64,000 nt of DNA from Phycisphaerae bacterium (GTDB lineage: Bacteria; Planctomycetota; Phycisphaerae; UBA1845). The stretch covers positions 34,629 to 98,628 of the forward strand of contig JABWBH010000010.1 of NCBI GenBank assembly GCA_013360585.1, read 5' to 3'. Of this stretch, positions 37,597 to 46,519 are shown in pieces. The first letter of the stretch is position 1. Each line of letters opens with the position of its first letter. The notes below the pieces were generated by a model, which saw only the letters and a list, made by a program, of their open reading frames with translations, did no database searches and was not told the origin of the DNA. The translations under genes were made by a program, and so were the position numbers.

Positions 37597-39633
37597 TTAT
37601 ACAAACACCCTTCGGTTGTACACGACCCACTCCAGCGACAACACCAGCAGCATCGCCAGCAGCACGTAAGGCCACGCCGGACGGTTGGTCGGCTGCTCCG
37701 TGGTCGTCGCCTGCACCGTCTCGGCGCCGATGGCGATCTTCGTGCGGGGCGCGACGTGGCTTTCCACCGGATCGAAAAGGTTCACTGCGAAGTGCTCATG
37801 CCCCGGCAGCGCCGGGTCCACGCGGTACAGACCCGTCGCGCGCGTCCGCGCGTAATGCACCGTGTTAAACCCCGCCGAGGGGACACGATCGGTCTGCCCG
37901 TCCGGGCGCGAGATCGCTACTTCCGCCGCCTTCGGAGGCACGGGGATCGTCACCGGCTGACCGGGCGGTGCGCCGAGCACGCCCTTGCTCATCAGCGATG
38001 AGGAGAGGAACTGCACGGCGTTCTGGAGAAAGACAATGAAATGCGGTTTCGTCACCCAGAAGGTGTTAAGCATCGGGTTGCCCGCGTCGTCCTGCACGAT
38101 CAATGAGAACGCGCAGATCAGGTACTGGCTGGCGCCGCGGGTCAGATGCGCCAGAACCGGTGACGACTGTCCCTTGATCAGCGGCGTCGCGTCCACCGGA
38201 ACCTTCAGGTCCAGCCACTCAAAGGCGTCCACCGCCGCTACGGGGACGTGCCGCAGCACCGGATGCGTGTCGTCCCAGTCGAAGAAGCGCTGATCGCGGA
38301 TCGGCGCGCCGGTGGTCACCCCGTCGATCTTCGGCGCCCCGCCCCAGAAGAAGTAATTCCCCTGCGGAAGCTTCGCGGTGGAGAAGGCGTCCATCACGAC
38401 GACGTCATAACGGCATCGCTCGCCGTCCATCACCTTCGCATCGCCCGCGTCCACCGCCGCCTCGAACGCCGACGGGAGCATCACCTCGAGCTGCACCGGC
38501 AGACAACCCAGCGCCTCCTCCAGGAGAAAATTGCCCGGCGTCACCAGCAGCAGACGCACGTTCCGCGGCGGCTCGACGACGCACCACGCCCGGTTGTCCG
38601 CCGTCAGCGCATCATCAACGCGCAGGCGGATTTCGACGACCCCGGCGGTGTTGAAGTTCACTTCGTCAAAGGCGATCGATTTGGCGCTGCCCGGCGTGGG
38701 CGGCGTGAGCACGGCGTCCGGCGCGCCCTCCGGCAGCACGAACCCCTCCAGCTCCACCCCCTGGTTGTCCACGAACGCGTCATTGATATACAGCGACGCA
38801 TCGAGGCGCACCGGTTCCGGTCCGAAATTGCGCAGGCTGGCGAACACCTGGAGCACGTCCGGCCGCTCATAATGCCGCTTCGTGTCCATCGAAAGGATGC
38901 CGACGTTGTCCGTCCGCGCTCCGACCGCCACCACCTCCATCGCCTCGACTTTCAGTCGCTCCACGGCGAGCCGGTCGCCGTCCGTGATCCGCCCGTCGGT
39001 GTAAAGGAGGACGGTGGCGTCCGGAGCGGCGCTGGTGGGCGCGACATCCTTGCCTTCTTCAGTGCCGCCGATAATCACGTTCTGCGAATACGCCTCCGCC
39101 AGCGACAGCGCCTCGCCCAGGGAGGTCGTGCTCTGCGTCGCTTCGATCGCGTCGATCCGCGACGAAAGCGCCCGCTTGTCCGTGTCGAACGATGCCGCCA
39201 CCGCCGCCCGGTCGCAGAACTCGATGACCATCGCCCGCGAACCCGCCGGCATGTCCGCCACCGCCTGCTTCGCCCGCTCCTTCGCCAGGTCCAGGCGCGT
39301 CTTGTTTCCTTCTTCGATGACGTTCATCGAAGCCGACTGATCCACCAGCAGGATCAGCGTCTGCTCACGCTGCTCCACCCGCTCACACATCGGGACGCCC
39401 AGGGCGAGCGCACCCGCCGTCAGCACCAGCAGTTGCAGGAACAACAGCAGGCTTTTGCGAAGCCGCTGAAAGGGCGAATTGACCTGCAAGTCTTCGACCG
39501 TCCGCTTCCACAGAAACGTGGACGGGACGACGTGCATCCGTCGCTTCAGCTTCAGGAAATACAGCGCCACCAGCGGCGGGATCGTCGCCGCCGCCGCAAT
39601 GCCGATCGCCGTTGGATTCAGAAAGTCAGGCAT
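37597..39633 (-). CDS. BatA-like membrane protein with VWA domain
   Basis: The aerotolerance-regulator N-terminal domain is MPDFLNPTAIGIAAAATIPPLVALYFLKLKRR. The MIDAS motif is LVDQSASM. Confidence 0.85.
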   Translation of the reverse strand: MPDFLNPTAIGIAAAATIPPLVALYFLKLKRRMHVVPSTFLWKRTVEDLQVNSPFQRLRKSLLLFLQLLVLTAGALALGVPMCERVEQREQTLILLVDQSASMNVIEEGNKTRLDLAKERAKQAVADMPAGSRAMVIEFCDRAAVAASFDTDKRALSSRIDAIEATQSTTSLGEALSLAEAYSQNVIIGGTEEGKDVAPTSAAPDATVLLYTDGRITDGDRLAVERLKVEAMEVVAVGARTDNVGILSMDTKRHYERPDVLQVFASLRNFGPEPVRLDASLYINDAFVDNQGVELEGFVLPEGAPDAVLTPPTPGSAKSIAFDEVNFNTAGVVEIRLRVDDALTADNRAWCVVEPPRNVRLLLVTPGNFLLEEALGCLPVQLEVMLPSAFEAAVDAGDAKVMDGERCRYDVVVMDAFSTAKLPQGNYFFWGGAPKIDGVTTGAPIRDQRFFDWDDTHPVLRHVPVAAVDAFEWLDLKVPVDATPLIKGQSSPVLAHLTRGASQYLICAFSLIVQDDAGNPMLNTFWVTKPHFIVFLQNAVQFLSSSLMSKGVLGAPPGQPVTIPVPPKAAEVAISRPDGQTDRVPSAGFNTVHYARTRATGLYRVDPALPGHEHFAVNLFDPVESHVAPRTKIAIGAETVQATTTEQPTNRPAWPYVLLAMLLVLSLEWVVYNRRVFV

Positions 39634-39823
39634 AGGAATTCGTGGATCATGAATCGTGGATCGCGGATCGGTCCTGCCTCTGCGCGTCTTTACCGGTTGC
39701 CTTTCCTGCTCGCCCCCGTCAGGCGGGCTACGCCCGCCGCCCTACCACCGCCCCCGTCGGACGGGCTACGCCCGCCACCCCGTCCCGCCCCACGATGCCA
39801 GGCCCCGTCGCCAGCTCCCTTTC

Positions 39824-40723
39824 CTACGCTACCAGTCCGCGACGGCGGAAGTAGCTCAACACGATCTGCTCGAAGGGCACATCGGTCCCCGTGAACAGGT
39901 AATTGATCCCACGGCGCGTGCAGAACTCCTTCAGCCCGCCGCAGTAGGCCTGAAGGTTTGCCTTGTACCGGTTCAGCAGCGCCCGGCTGACGGTCACGTC
40001 CGCCAGGTCGCCGTCCTCGACATCCTTCAGTTGCAGATCGCCCACCAGCGGCGGGTCGATCTCCTCGGGACTGAGCATCTGAATGCAATACAGATCATAT
40101 CGCCGCCCAAGAAGGAACTTCAGCCCCTGCTCATATCCTCCCTTTTCAAAGAAATCGCTCAGGAGGATGACGATGCCCGCCTGCGGATGACGGATCGCGA
40201 ACTGCTTGCACGCTTTCGACAGGTCGCTTGCCCCGTCGCACTCCGTCTGAGACAGAAAGGACAACAGCTTCGGAAGCGATCGCCGGCTGCGCAGGCCCGC
40301 CATCTCATATTGCAGTCCGCCGGCGTACGCATACACGCTCACGCGGTCAAGGTTGGCCAGTCCGATGTAGGAGATCGCCGCCGCGACGCGCCGCGCATAA
40401 AGCGTTTTGCTCGGCCGGCCCCAGTCCATGCTCTTCGACGTGTCCACGAGAATCGAGACGTGCAGATCCTCCTCCTCAAGGAAGAGTTTCAGGAAGAGCT
40501 TTTCAAGACGCGCGTAGATGTTCCAATCCACGTGACGAAGATCGTCCCCGACGACGTAGTTGCGGTAATCCGCAAACTCGACGGATTCGCCGCGCCGTCG
40601 GCTCCGACGCTCCCCGCGCATCTTGCCCATGAAAATCTTGCGCGAGACGAGCTGCAACTGCTCGATCTTTGCAATGAAGTCGGGCGTGAGGAGCGCGGCG
40701 GTGTCCGATGGAACCGTACTCAT
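39824..40723 (-). CDS. DUF58 domain-containing protein
   Basis: Shows GERRSRRRGESVEFADYRNYVVGDDLRHVDWN...ILVDTSKSM. Confidence 0.85.
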   Translation of the reverse strand: MSTVPSDTAALLTPDFIAKIEQLQLVSRKIFMGKMRGERRSRRRGESVEFADYRNYVVGDDLRHVDWNIYARLEKLFLKLFLEEEDLHVSILVDTSKSMDWGRPSKTLYARRVAAAISYIGLANLDRVSVYAYAGGLQYEMAGLRSRRSLPKLLSFLSQTECDGASDLSKACKQFAIRHPQAGIVILLSDFFEKGGYEQGLKFLLGRRYDLYCIQMLSPEEIDPPLVGDLQLKDVEDGDLADVTVSRALLNRYKANLQAYCGGLKEFCTRRGINYLFTGTDVPFEQIVLSYFRRRGLVA

Positions 40724-40840
40724 GATCCGCTCTTTCTCCCTAACCGTCTCTTGAAGAACTCACGATCCGCCTCGGTAAGACCGATTATTCTCGATTCAAT
40801 TCGCGTCCCGGAGGGACACACTGCCCTTTTCAACGGGCGG

Positions 40841-41857
40841 CTAAGCCGCCTCCGCCATCGTCGGCGTTTTCTCCAGGATCTGGCGCAGCACGTCGTCCGT
40901 CGTGACGCCCTCGGCCTCGCCCTCGAAGTTCAGCAACATGCGGTGGCGCATCGCCGGAAGGTACACCTTCCTGATGTCGCTGAAACTCGCGTTGAACCGT
41001 CCGTCCAGCAGCGCATACAGCTTCGCCCCCAGCGTCAGCGCCTGCGCCGCGCGCGGGCTGACGCCCCAGCGCACGTACTTGTTCGTGTCCTCGACCGCAT
41101 AAGGCCCGCCCGGGTGCGACGCCATCGCCAGGCGCACCGCGTAGTCCTGCACATGCGGCGCCATCACCACGCGGCGCACCAGGGTTTGCGCCCCGAGAAT
41201 CTCATCGCCCGTCATCACCCGCTCGATTTTCGGCACGTGCCCCGTCGTCGTGCGGTCCAGGATCGTCTTGATCTCGTCCTTCGTCGGATACTCGACGACG
41301 ATCTTGAACATGAACCGGTCGAGCTGCGCCTCGGGCAGCGGGTATGTCCCCTCCTGCTCGATCGGGTTCTGCGTCGCCATCACAAAGAACGGCGGCTTGA
41401 GTTTGTACGTCGTCCCCGCCACCGTGACGCTCTTTTCCTGCATCGCCTCGAGAATCGCCGATTGCGTCTTCGGCGTGGCGCGGTTGACCTCGTCGGCGAG
41501 CACGATCTGGGCGAAGATCGGTCCGCGCTGGAACTGGAAGTGCCGCCGACCCGTCTCGCTGTCCTCCATCACGATGTTCGTCCCGATGATGTCCGCGGGC
41601 ATCAGGTCTGGCGTGAACTGGATGCGCGAGAAGTCCAGTTGCACGGCTTCCGCCAGCGTGCGGATCAGGTACGTCTTGCCCAGCCCCGGAACGCCCTCGA
41701 GCAGCGCGTGTCCGCCGGTGAACAAACACGTCAGCACCCCGTCGACGATCTCGGTCTGTCCGACGATCGCCTTGCCGATCTCCTCCTTCAGCCGATTGAA
41801 CTTGCTCCGAAATTCCTGCGTCGCTTTTTCGACCGCGGGATCAATTTGCGTGGCCAT
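40841..41857 (-). CDS. MoxR family AAA+ ATPase
   Basis: Shows HALLEGVPGLGKT...RIQFTPDLMPADI...ILADEVNRATPKTQSALLEAM-like motifs. Confidence 0.92.
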   Translation of the reverse strand: MATQIDPAVEKATQEFRSKFNRLKEEIGKAIVGQTEIVDGVLTCLFTGGHALLEGVPGLGKTYLIRTLAEAVQLDFSRIQFTPDLMPADIIGTNIVMEDSETGRRHFQFQRGPIFAQIVLADEVNRATPKTQSAILEAMQEKSVTVAGTTYKLKPPFFVMATQNPIEQEGTYPLPEAQLDRFMFKIVVEYPTKDEIKTILDRTTTGHVPKIERVMTGDEILGAQTLVRRVVMAPHVQDYAVRLAMASHPGGPYAVEDTNKYVRWGVSPRAAQALTLGAKLYALLDGRFNASFSDIRKVYLPAMRHRMLLNFEGEAEGVTTDDVLRQILEKTPTMAEAA

Positions 41858-41929
41858 GTCGAACTCCAGTAAGTCGCCGGCTTCCCCCGCCGGCTCCTAG
41901 CTGCCGGCTGCACGTCGCCAGCCAGGTAT

Positions 41930-41988
41930 TCTACTTCTCTACTTCTTCTCTACTTCTCTACTTCTCTGCTTCTCTGCTTCTCTGCGTG
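41930..41988. repeat. tandem 8-mer array TCTRCTTC (about 7 units; GAAGYAGA on the coding strand) in the moxR 5' leader
   Basis: The units start at 41930, 41938, 41949, 41957, 41965, 41973 and 41981. There is a 3-nt insertion after unit 2, and the last unit is degenerate. Confidence 0.8.
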
Positions 41989-42065
41989 TCTGAAACGGTT
42001 CCTCGGACCCGGCGGAGCGCTTGAAGCTTGCCGCTCGAAGCGTGCCCCGACCGCTCGGCGCGCTC

Positions 42066-45000
42066 TTATTCCTTTTTGTCCAGCCCCTCTCTCGCCTTCT
42101 TCCTCGCCGCCAGCAAGCGTGACGTCGTCTCTTCCTGCGATTCCGCTTCGCCTTCGGCGGCGGGCTTTCGCTTTTTCTCCGCCGGCGGCGCGGCGCCGGC
42201 CTTCGCCCCGCCCAGAGCGTCCGCCAGATCCGCCGTCGGACCGCGCGGGGCTTCCTCCCCAAGGTCGAATTTCTTTTTCGCCGTCGTCGCGTCCGAAGGC
42301 GCCGCCTCCTCCTTCGCCACCCGACGCACGCCCGACGCCTTGTCCGCCGACAGATCCTCCTTCACCCGGTCGCGCGTGCCCCGAAGCTGCCCCAGCGAAG
42401 CCGTGCTGCGCTCCCCCGCCTCCGCCAGCGCCACCGACCCGTGCGTCACATACTCGAACAACGGACGGATGTACCGCCACCGCACCGACCAGCCGACGCC
42501 CTCGGCAATCAGCAGACTCAGCAGCCAACCCCTCACGCCGTCATACATCCACCCGAGCCCGACCAGCACGAACACCAGCACCAGAACTTCAATCACGATC
42601 GACAGCGCCAGCCAGTTCGCCAGCCGCCGCACCGCCACGTCCAGCAGGAAGATCGGCAGCAGCAGCCACCCCAGGACGAACTCCCACGCCGGTCGATGCG
42701 ACTCGGTCGGGGGTAGATCCTTGCGGAACACGTCTGCCGTCGCCGGGTTCAGCTCCAGCAGCTTCCCGCCCGTGAGGTCCGCGATCTGCGCCAAGAGCGG
42801 CATGTTCGTCTGAAGGTCGCGGTACTCCGCCGAATACGGGGCGGATACGCCGGCCTGGATCGCGCCGCGATGCTCCCCGCCCTCGAACACCTGCGACGTC
42901 ACGAGGTACTGCCCCATCTGGTCGACGTCGAACTCCGCCTCGTAATGCCCCGGACCGGTCTGGCGGAACTCCAGCTCGGCGTTCGTCCCGTCCGGACGGA
43001 TGACCTTGCTGCGGAACTGGAGGAAGTTCAGGTAGCTGGCGTCCTTGTCGAGGGCGTCTATGACCACGCGGCCCTTGTTCCCCTCGATGCGCGTGTGCGA
43101 GTCGAAGTTCGCGGGGGTCTCCTGCTTCATGCTCCAGCGGACGATCTGCGCCCACAATTTGGCGAACTTGCCCCACTCCGCCCAGCGCGTCCCCCAGCGA
43201 GGCCACTGTCCGCTGGTGAACGCCACCGTCTTGCCCAATTCGTATTGCCAGTGCGCCAGCACCGGGTCGTCCCCGTCGGCGGTGCGGCGGATCAGCGGGA
43301 GCTGAACGTGCGTGCTCTCCTTCGGCGAGGTCAGCACCAGCCCGCCCAGAGGCGGAATCTCCTCCGCACTCACGCCCGCCAGCAGTTCGCTGACGCCGTG
43401 GAACACCTGCGGCTGAAACGCTTCCTCCGTGATCAGCGAGCGCCGGACGACCTTGGATTCCTTCGTGAAAATCTGCGGAAGCTGGCTGGCCGTCTTCGGC
43501 GCGTAAAAGCGCCCGCCCGTCGATCGCGCGATCTTCTCCAGTTCCGCCGTCATCACGTGCATGCCCCAGCCGATGCCGATCGTACTGACCGTGATGCCCG
43601 CGTCCTTGTACGCTGCGATCAGCGAGTCCCGCGGCGGGCTGGGGTCGCCGTCGCTGATGATGATGACGTGGCGCTGCGCCGCGTCGCGCCCGCGACCCTT
43701 GACCAGCCCTTCGTACGCCATGTCCATCGTCGAGTCGAAGTCCGGCATGTCGCCGATCTGCATCCGGTCGATCCGGGCCTTCACCGCACCCTTGTTCGCG
43801 TTCTCCTGGAGCGGAACTTCCCAACTCACGCCGCCGGGCGAATACGAGTACGCCAGCACCCCCAGGTAGTCACGGGAGCTGACCGTGTCCACGCTCTTCT
43901 TCGCCATCTCCTTGCCCCAGTAATTCCCGCGCGGAATCTCGCAACTGTGGCAGATGATGACCAGCGCCCCGCGGGGAATCACCCGCTTGTGCTTGATCTC
44001 GAACGACACAGGCATCACTTCCTCGATCGGCGACCCGATCCACCCGCCCGCGCCGAAGCCTTCGTCCCCGCCGAGCATCACCAGACCGCCGCCCATGTCC
44101 CGCACGTACGACGCCAGATCGCGCATCTGGTCGTCCGTGAAGTCCGAAGCCGGCACGTTCGACAGGATCACGTTCGAGTAGCTTTGCAGCTTCAGCAGGT
44201 CGAGCGGCGCCGTCGCGGCCTCCCGCGCCTGCACGTCGATGTTCTCGCTCGTCAGCGCTTCGATCAGCGGCGCATCCGCTTCCAGATCCTTGCTCAGGAA
44301 CAGCACGCGGCTCGGACCCGACACAAACGAGAACGCCGTCGCGTTGTTGTTCAGCGACACGGCGTCCAGCGACTCATCGTCCGGCCGGAAGCGCGCCTCG
44401 AAAAGCTGCGGTCCCGCCTGGTTGACCGGCAGGCGCAGGAACATCGTGTTCGTTCCGGGCGTCAACTCAATGTGCGCATCCTCCGCCGGAATCTGCACGA
44501 GCTGCCCGTTCTGGTACACGTCGATCGTACCGGAGACGCGCCGGGACGTGTTTAGCACCATCCGGATCGGAACCTGCTCCCCCTTCTCCGCGTGCGTCGG
44601 CGCCATCATGCGATCGAAGTAGACGTCGTTGGTTTTCTGATAGCGCAGCGGGATGACGTCGATGCTGATCCCGTCCGCCCGCGCCCGACGCGCCTCCGTC
44701 AGCGCGTCGCCCAGATTCTCATTCCCGTCCGACAGCAGCACGATCCGCTTTGCCGCGTCATGCGGAAACATCGCCATCGAAAGGCGGATCGCCGCGGAAA
44801 TATCGGTGTGATCCGTGCGCGGCATCTGCGGAAGCCGCCCCGGCTCGATGTGATATCCCCCCTGCATCGGCAGTTGCTGAAGAAACGCCTGCCCCGCGAA
44901 GTCGATCATGCCCACGCGATCGTTCTTCGGAACGCGACCGGCGTCCGCCGCCTCCGCCAGGAACTTTTCCGCATCCGCTTGCGCCCCCTGCGTCGAGAAC

Positions 45001-45245
45001 GAGCGGTCCAGCAGGAACATCACCGTCACGTCCCGGTTCCGCCGGACGAACTGCACCTCCGCCAGGCACGCCGCCAGAAGCGCCACCACCACGCTCCGCA
45101 CCGCAAGCGCCAGCACCCGCCGCACCGGGTCCAGCCCCGCCAGACTCCGCAGCGACGCCAGCACGAGCAGCGGGATCAGCAGCAGCAACCACAGCCACTG
45201 CGGCTGATCGAAGGAGAGAGGAAGGGCCAGACCGAGGAGATTCAT
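42066..45245 (-). CDS. large BatA-like membrane protein with two VWA domains and a GATase1-like domain
   Basis: The ATG at 45245 gives MNLLGLALPLSFDQPQWLWLLLLIPLL. MIDAS motifs are LLDRSFST and IIISDGDPS. C-terminal TM helices are followed by a Lys/Ala/Glu-rich tail. Confidence 0.8.
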   Translation of the reverse strand: MNLLGLALPLSFDQPQWLWLLLLIPLLVLASLRSLAGLDPVRRVLALAVRSVVVALLAACLAEVQFVRRNRDVTVMFLLDRSFSTQGAQADAEKFLAEAADAGRVPKNDRVGMIDFAGQAFLQQLPMQGGYHIEPGRLPQMPRTDHTDISAAIRLSMAMFPHDAAKRIVLLSDGNENLGDALTEARRARADGISIDVIPLRYQKTNDVYFDRMMAPTHAEKGEQVPIRMVLNTSRRVSGTIDVYQNGQLVQIPAEDAHIELTPGTNTMFLRLPVNQAGPQLFEARFRPDDESLDAVSLNNNATAFSFVSGPSRVLFLSKDLEADAPLIEALTSENIDVQAREAATAPLDLLKLQSYSNVILSNVPASDFTDDQMRDLASYVRDMGGGLVMLGGDEGFGAGGWIGSPIEEVMPVSFEIKHKRVIPRGALVIICHSCEIPRGNYWGKEMAKKSVDTVSSRDYLGVLAYSYSPGGVSWEVPLQENANKGAVKARIDRMQIGDMPDFDSTMDMAYEGLVKGRGRDAAQRHVIIISDGDPSPPRDSLIAAYKDAGITVSTIGIGWGMHVMTAELEKIARSTGGRFYAPKTASQLPQIFTKESKVVRRSLITEEAFQPQVFHGVSELLAGVSAEEIPPLGGLVLTSPKESTHVQLPLIRRTADGDDPVLAHWQYELGKTVAFTSGQWPRWGTRWAEWGKFAKLWAQIVRWSMKQETPANFDSHTRIEGNKGRVVIDALDKDASYLNFLQFRSKVIRPDGTNAELEFRQTGPGHYEAEFDVDQMGQYLVTSQVFEGGEHRGAIQAGVSAPYSAEYRDLQTNMPLLAQIADLTGGKLLELNPATADVFRKDLPPTESHRPAWEFVLGWLLLPIFLLDVAVRRLANWLALSIVIEVLVLVFVLVGLGWMYDGVRGWLLSLLIAEGVGWSVRWRYIRPLFEYVTHGSVALAEAGERSTASLGQLRGTRDRVKEDLSADKASGVRRVAKEEAAPSDATTAKKKFDLGEEAPRGPTADLADALGGAKAGAAPPAEKKRKPAAEGEAESQEETTSRLLAARKKAREGLDKKE

Positions 45246-45286
45246 CAAAAGACTTGCACTCAAACGTTGCAGTATACGAACCTGAA

Positions 45287-45389
45287 ATTACGAATTACAA
45301 ATGACGAATGACCAAAAAGAGAGGGCCGGCGGTGTCGCCGCCGTGTCCGAAACCGCATTCCGGGTCATTTGTAATCCGTCATTCGTAAT
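45287..45389. repeat. AT-rich inverted arrays of four ATKACRA heptamers flanking a GC hairpin; overlaps a promoter-like TTGTAA-18-TATACT (minus strand)
   Basis: The left arm (45287-45313) is ATTACGA ATTACAA ATGACGA ATGACC. The reverse complement of the right arm (45363-45389) is ATTACGA ATGACGG ATTACAA ATGACC. Confidence 0.6.
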
Positions 45390-45405
45390 TGACCCCGCTT
45401 TCCCG

Positions 45406-46335
45406 TCACTCCGCCCGCACGACCTGGATCCGGCTGTTGAGTGAATCCACGACGTACACGCGCCCTCCCGGTCCGTAGATCGCTCCCCACGGAGCCCAGA
45501 GGCATCCCGGTTCGCGCCCGCTGCGGCCCCAGCTCTTGACGAACGTCCCATCCTTCCGGAACCACTGCAACCGGTTCGACCCGAACTCACACACCATCAC
45601 CATCTGACCGTCCGGCGTCAGCGACAGGTCATAAGGGTAATCCAGCAACCCTTCTTCCTTGCCGAAGCGCCCGAATACGCGGACCGCCTTTCCGCTTTCA
45701 TCAAACGCCACAATCCGGTGATTGCAGGCGTCCGCCACCCACAACACCCCGTCGTCGTCCACCTCGATCCCCGCCGGTCTGCGAAGTCGCTCCCCTTCGA
45801 CAGGGGTTTCGCCGATCGCCCCAACGTATTCCAGCGCCGGCGACCACTTCGTGATCCGGTCGTTTCCCTGATATTCGCTGACGTAAATGTAACCTTTCCG
45901 GTCGAACGTGACGGCCGTCGGCAGCTCCATCTGCCCCGGACCTCGACCCTGCTCCCCAAAATGTCCGACCGGACGACCGTCGCGATCAAAAATCATGACG
46001 CGGTGGTAATGCGTGTCCGCCACAAACAGACGCCCGTCCGGATGCACCGCAAGACCCACCGGCTTACCGTGCGCCGTCTCGGGCATTGTCCACTCCAGCT
46101 CATACACGCCCTCCGCGGAGAAGCGCTGCACGCGCCCCGCTTTGTCCACGACGAAGACCGATCCTTCAGGTTCCGCCGCGATCGCCCGCGGGTAGCTGAA
46201 CTCCGCGGGACCGCGACCGACGCCCCCGAATACAGCAACCACCCCGTTGTGGCTCAGCGCGTCCGGCTCGCATCCGGCCAACATCACGCCGCATGCCGCC
46301 ACGCAAACCCCGCGAATCCACCTCCGCCACGTCAT
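45406..46335 (-). CDS. NHL repeat lipoprotein (six-bladed beta-propeller type)
   Basis: Lipobox MLAGC. It has repeated ...P.G.AVD..G.iyVaD..n.Ri..f... units (YPRAIAAEPEGSVFVVDKAGRVQRF, etc.). Confidence 0.8.
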   Translation of the reverse strand: MTWRRWIRGVCVAACGVMLAGCEPDALSHNGVVAVFGGVGRGPAEFSYPRAIAAEPEGSVFVVDKAGRVQRFSAEGVYELEWTMPETAHGKPVGLAVHPDGRLFVADTHYHRVMIFDRDGRPVGHFGEQGRGPGQMELPTAVTFDRKGYIYVSEYQGNDRITKWSPALEYVGAIGETPVEGERLRRPAGIEVDDDGVLWVADACNHRIVAFDESGKAVRVFGRFGKEEGLLDYPYDLSLTPDGQMVMVCEFGSNRLQWFRKDGTFVKSWGRSGREPGCLWAPWGAIYGPGGRVYVVDSLNSRIQVVRAE

Positions 46336-46519
46336 CGTGATTCAACCGTCGCGGACGCGCCGCCCCCCGTCGCAACGCCGCCCGCTTCCGCCTCTGCTGC
46401 TCGTTTAACGCAGCGCTACGGAACGCTCGTTCACCGCCACGTGTCCGCCGGCGCGGGTTCGCCGGTTTTCGCCCGCTCTACCGACGAGCCGCCTGCTTCA
46501 CTGTTATGCGCCTGACGAT

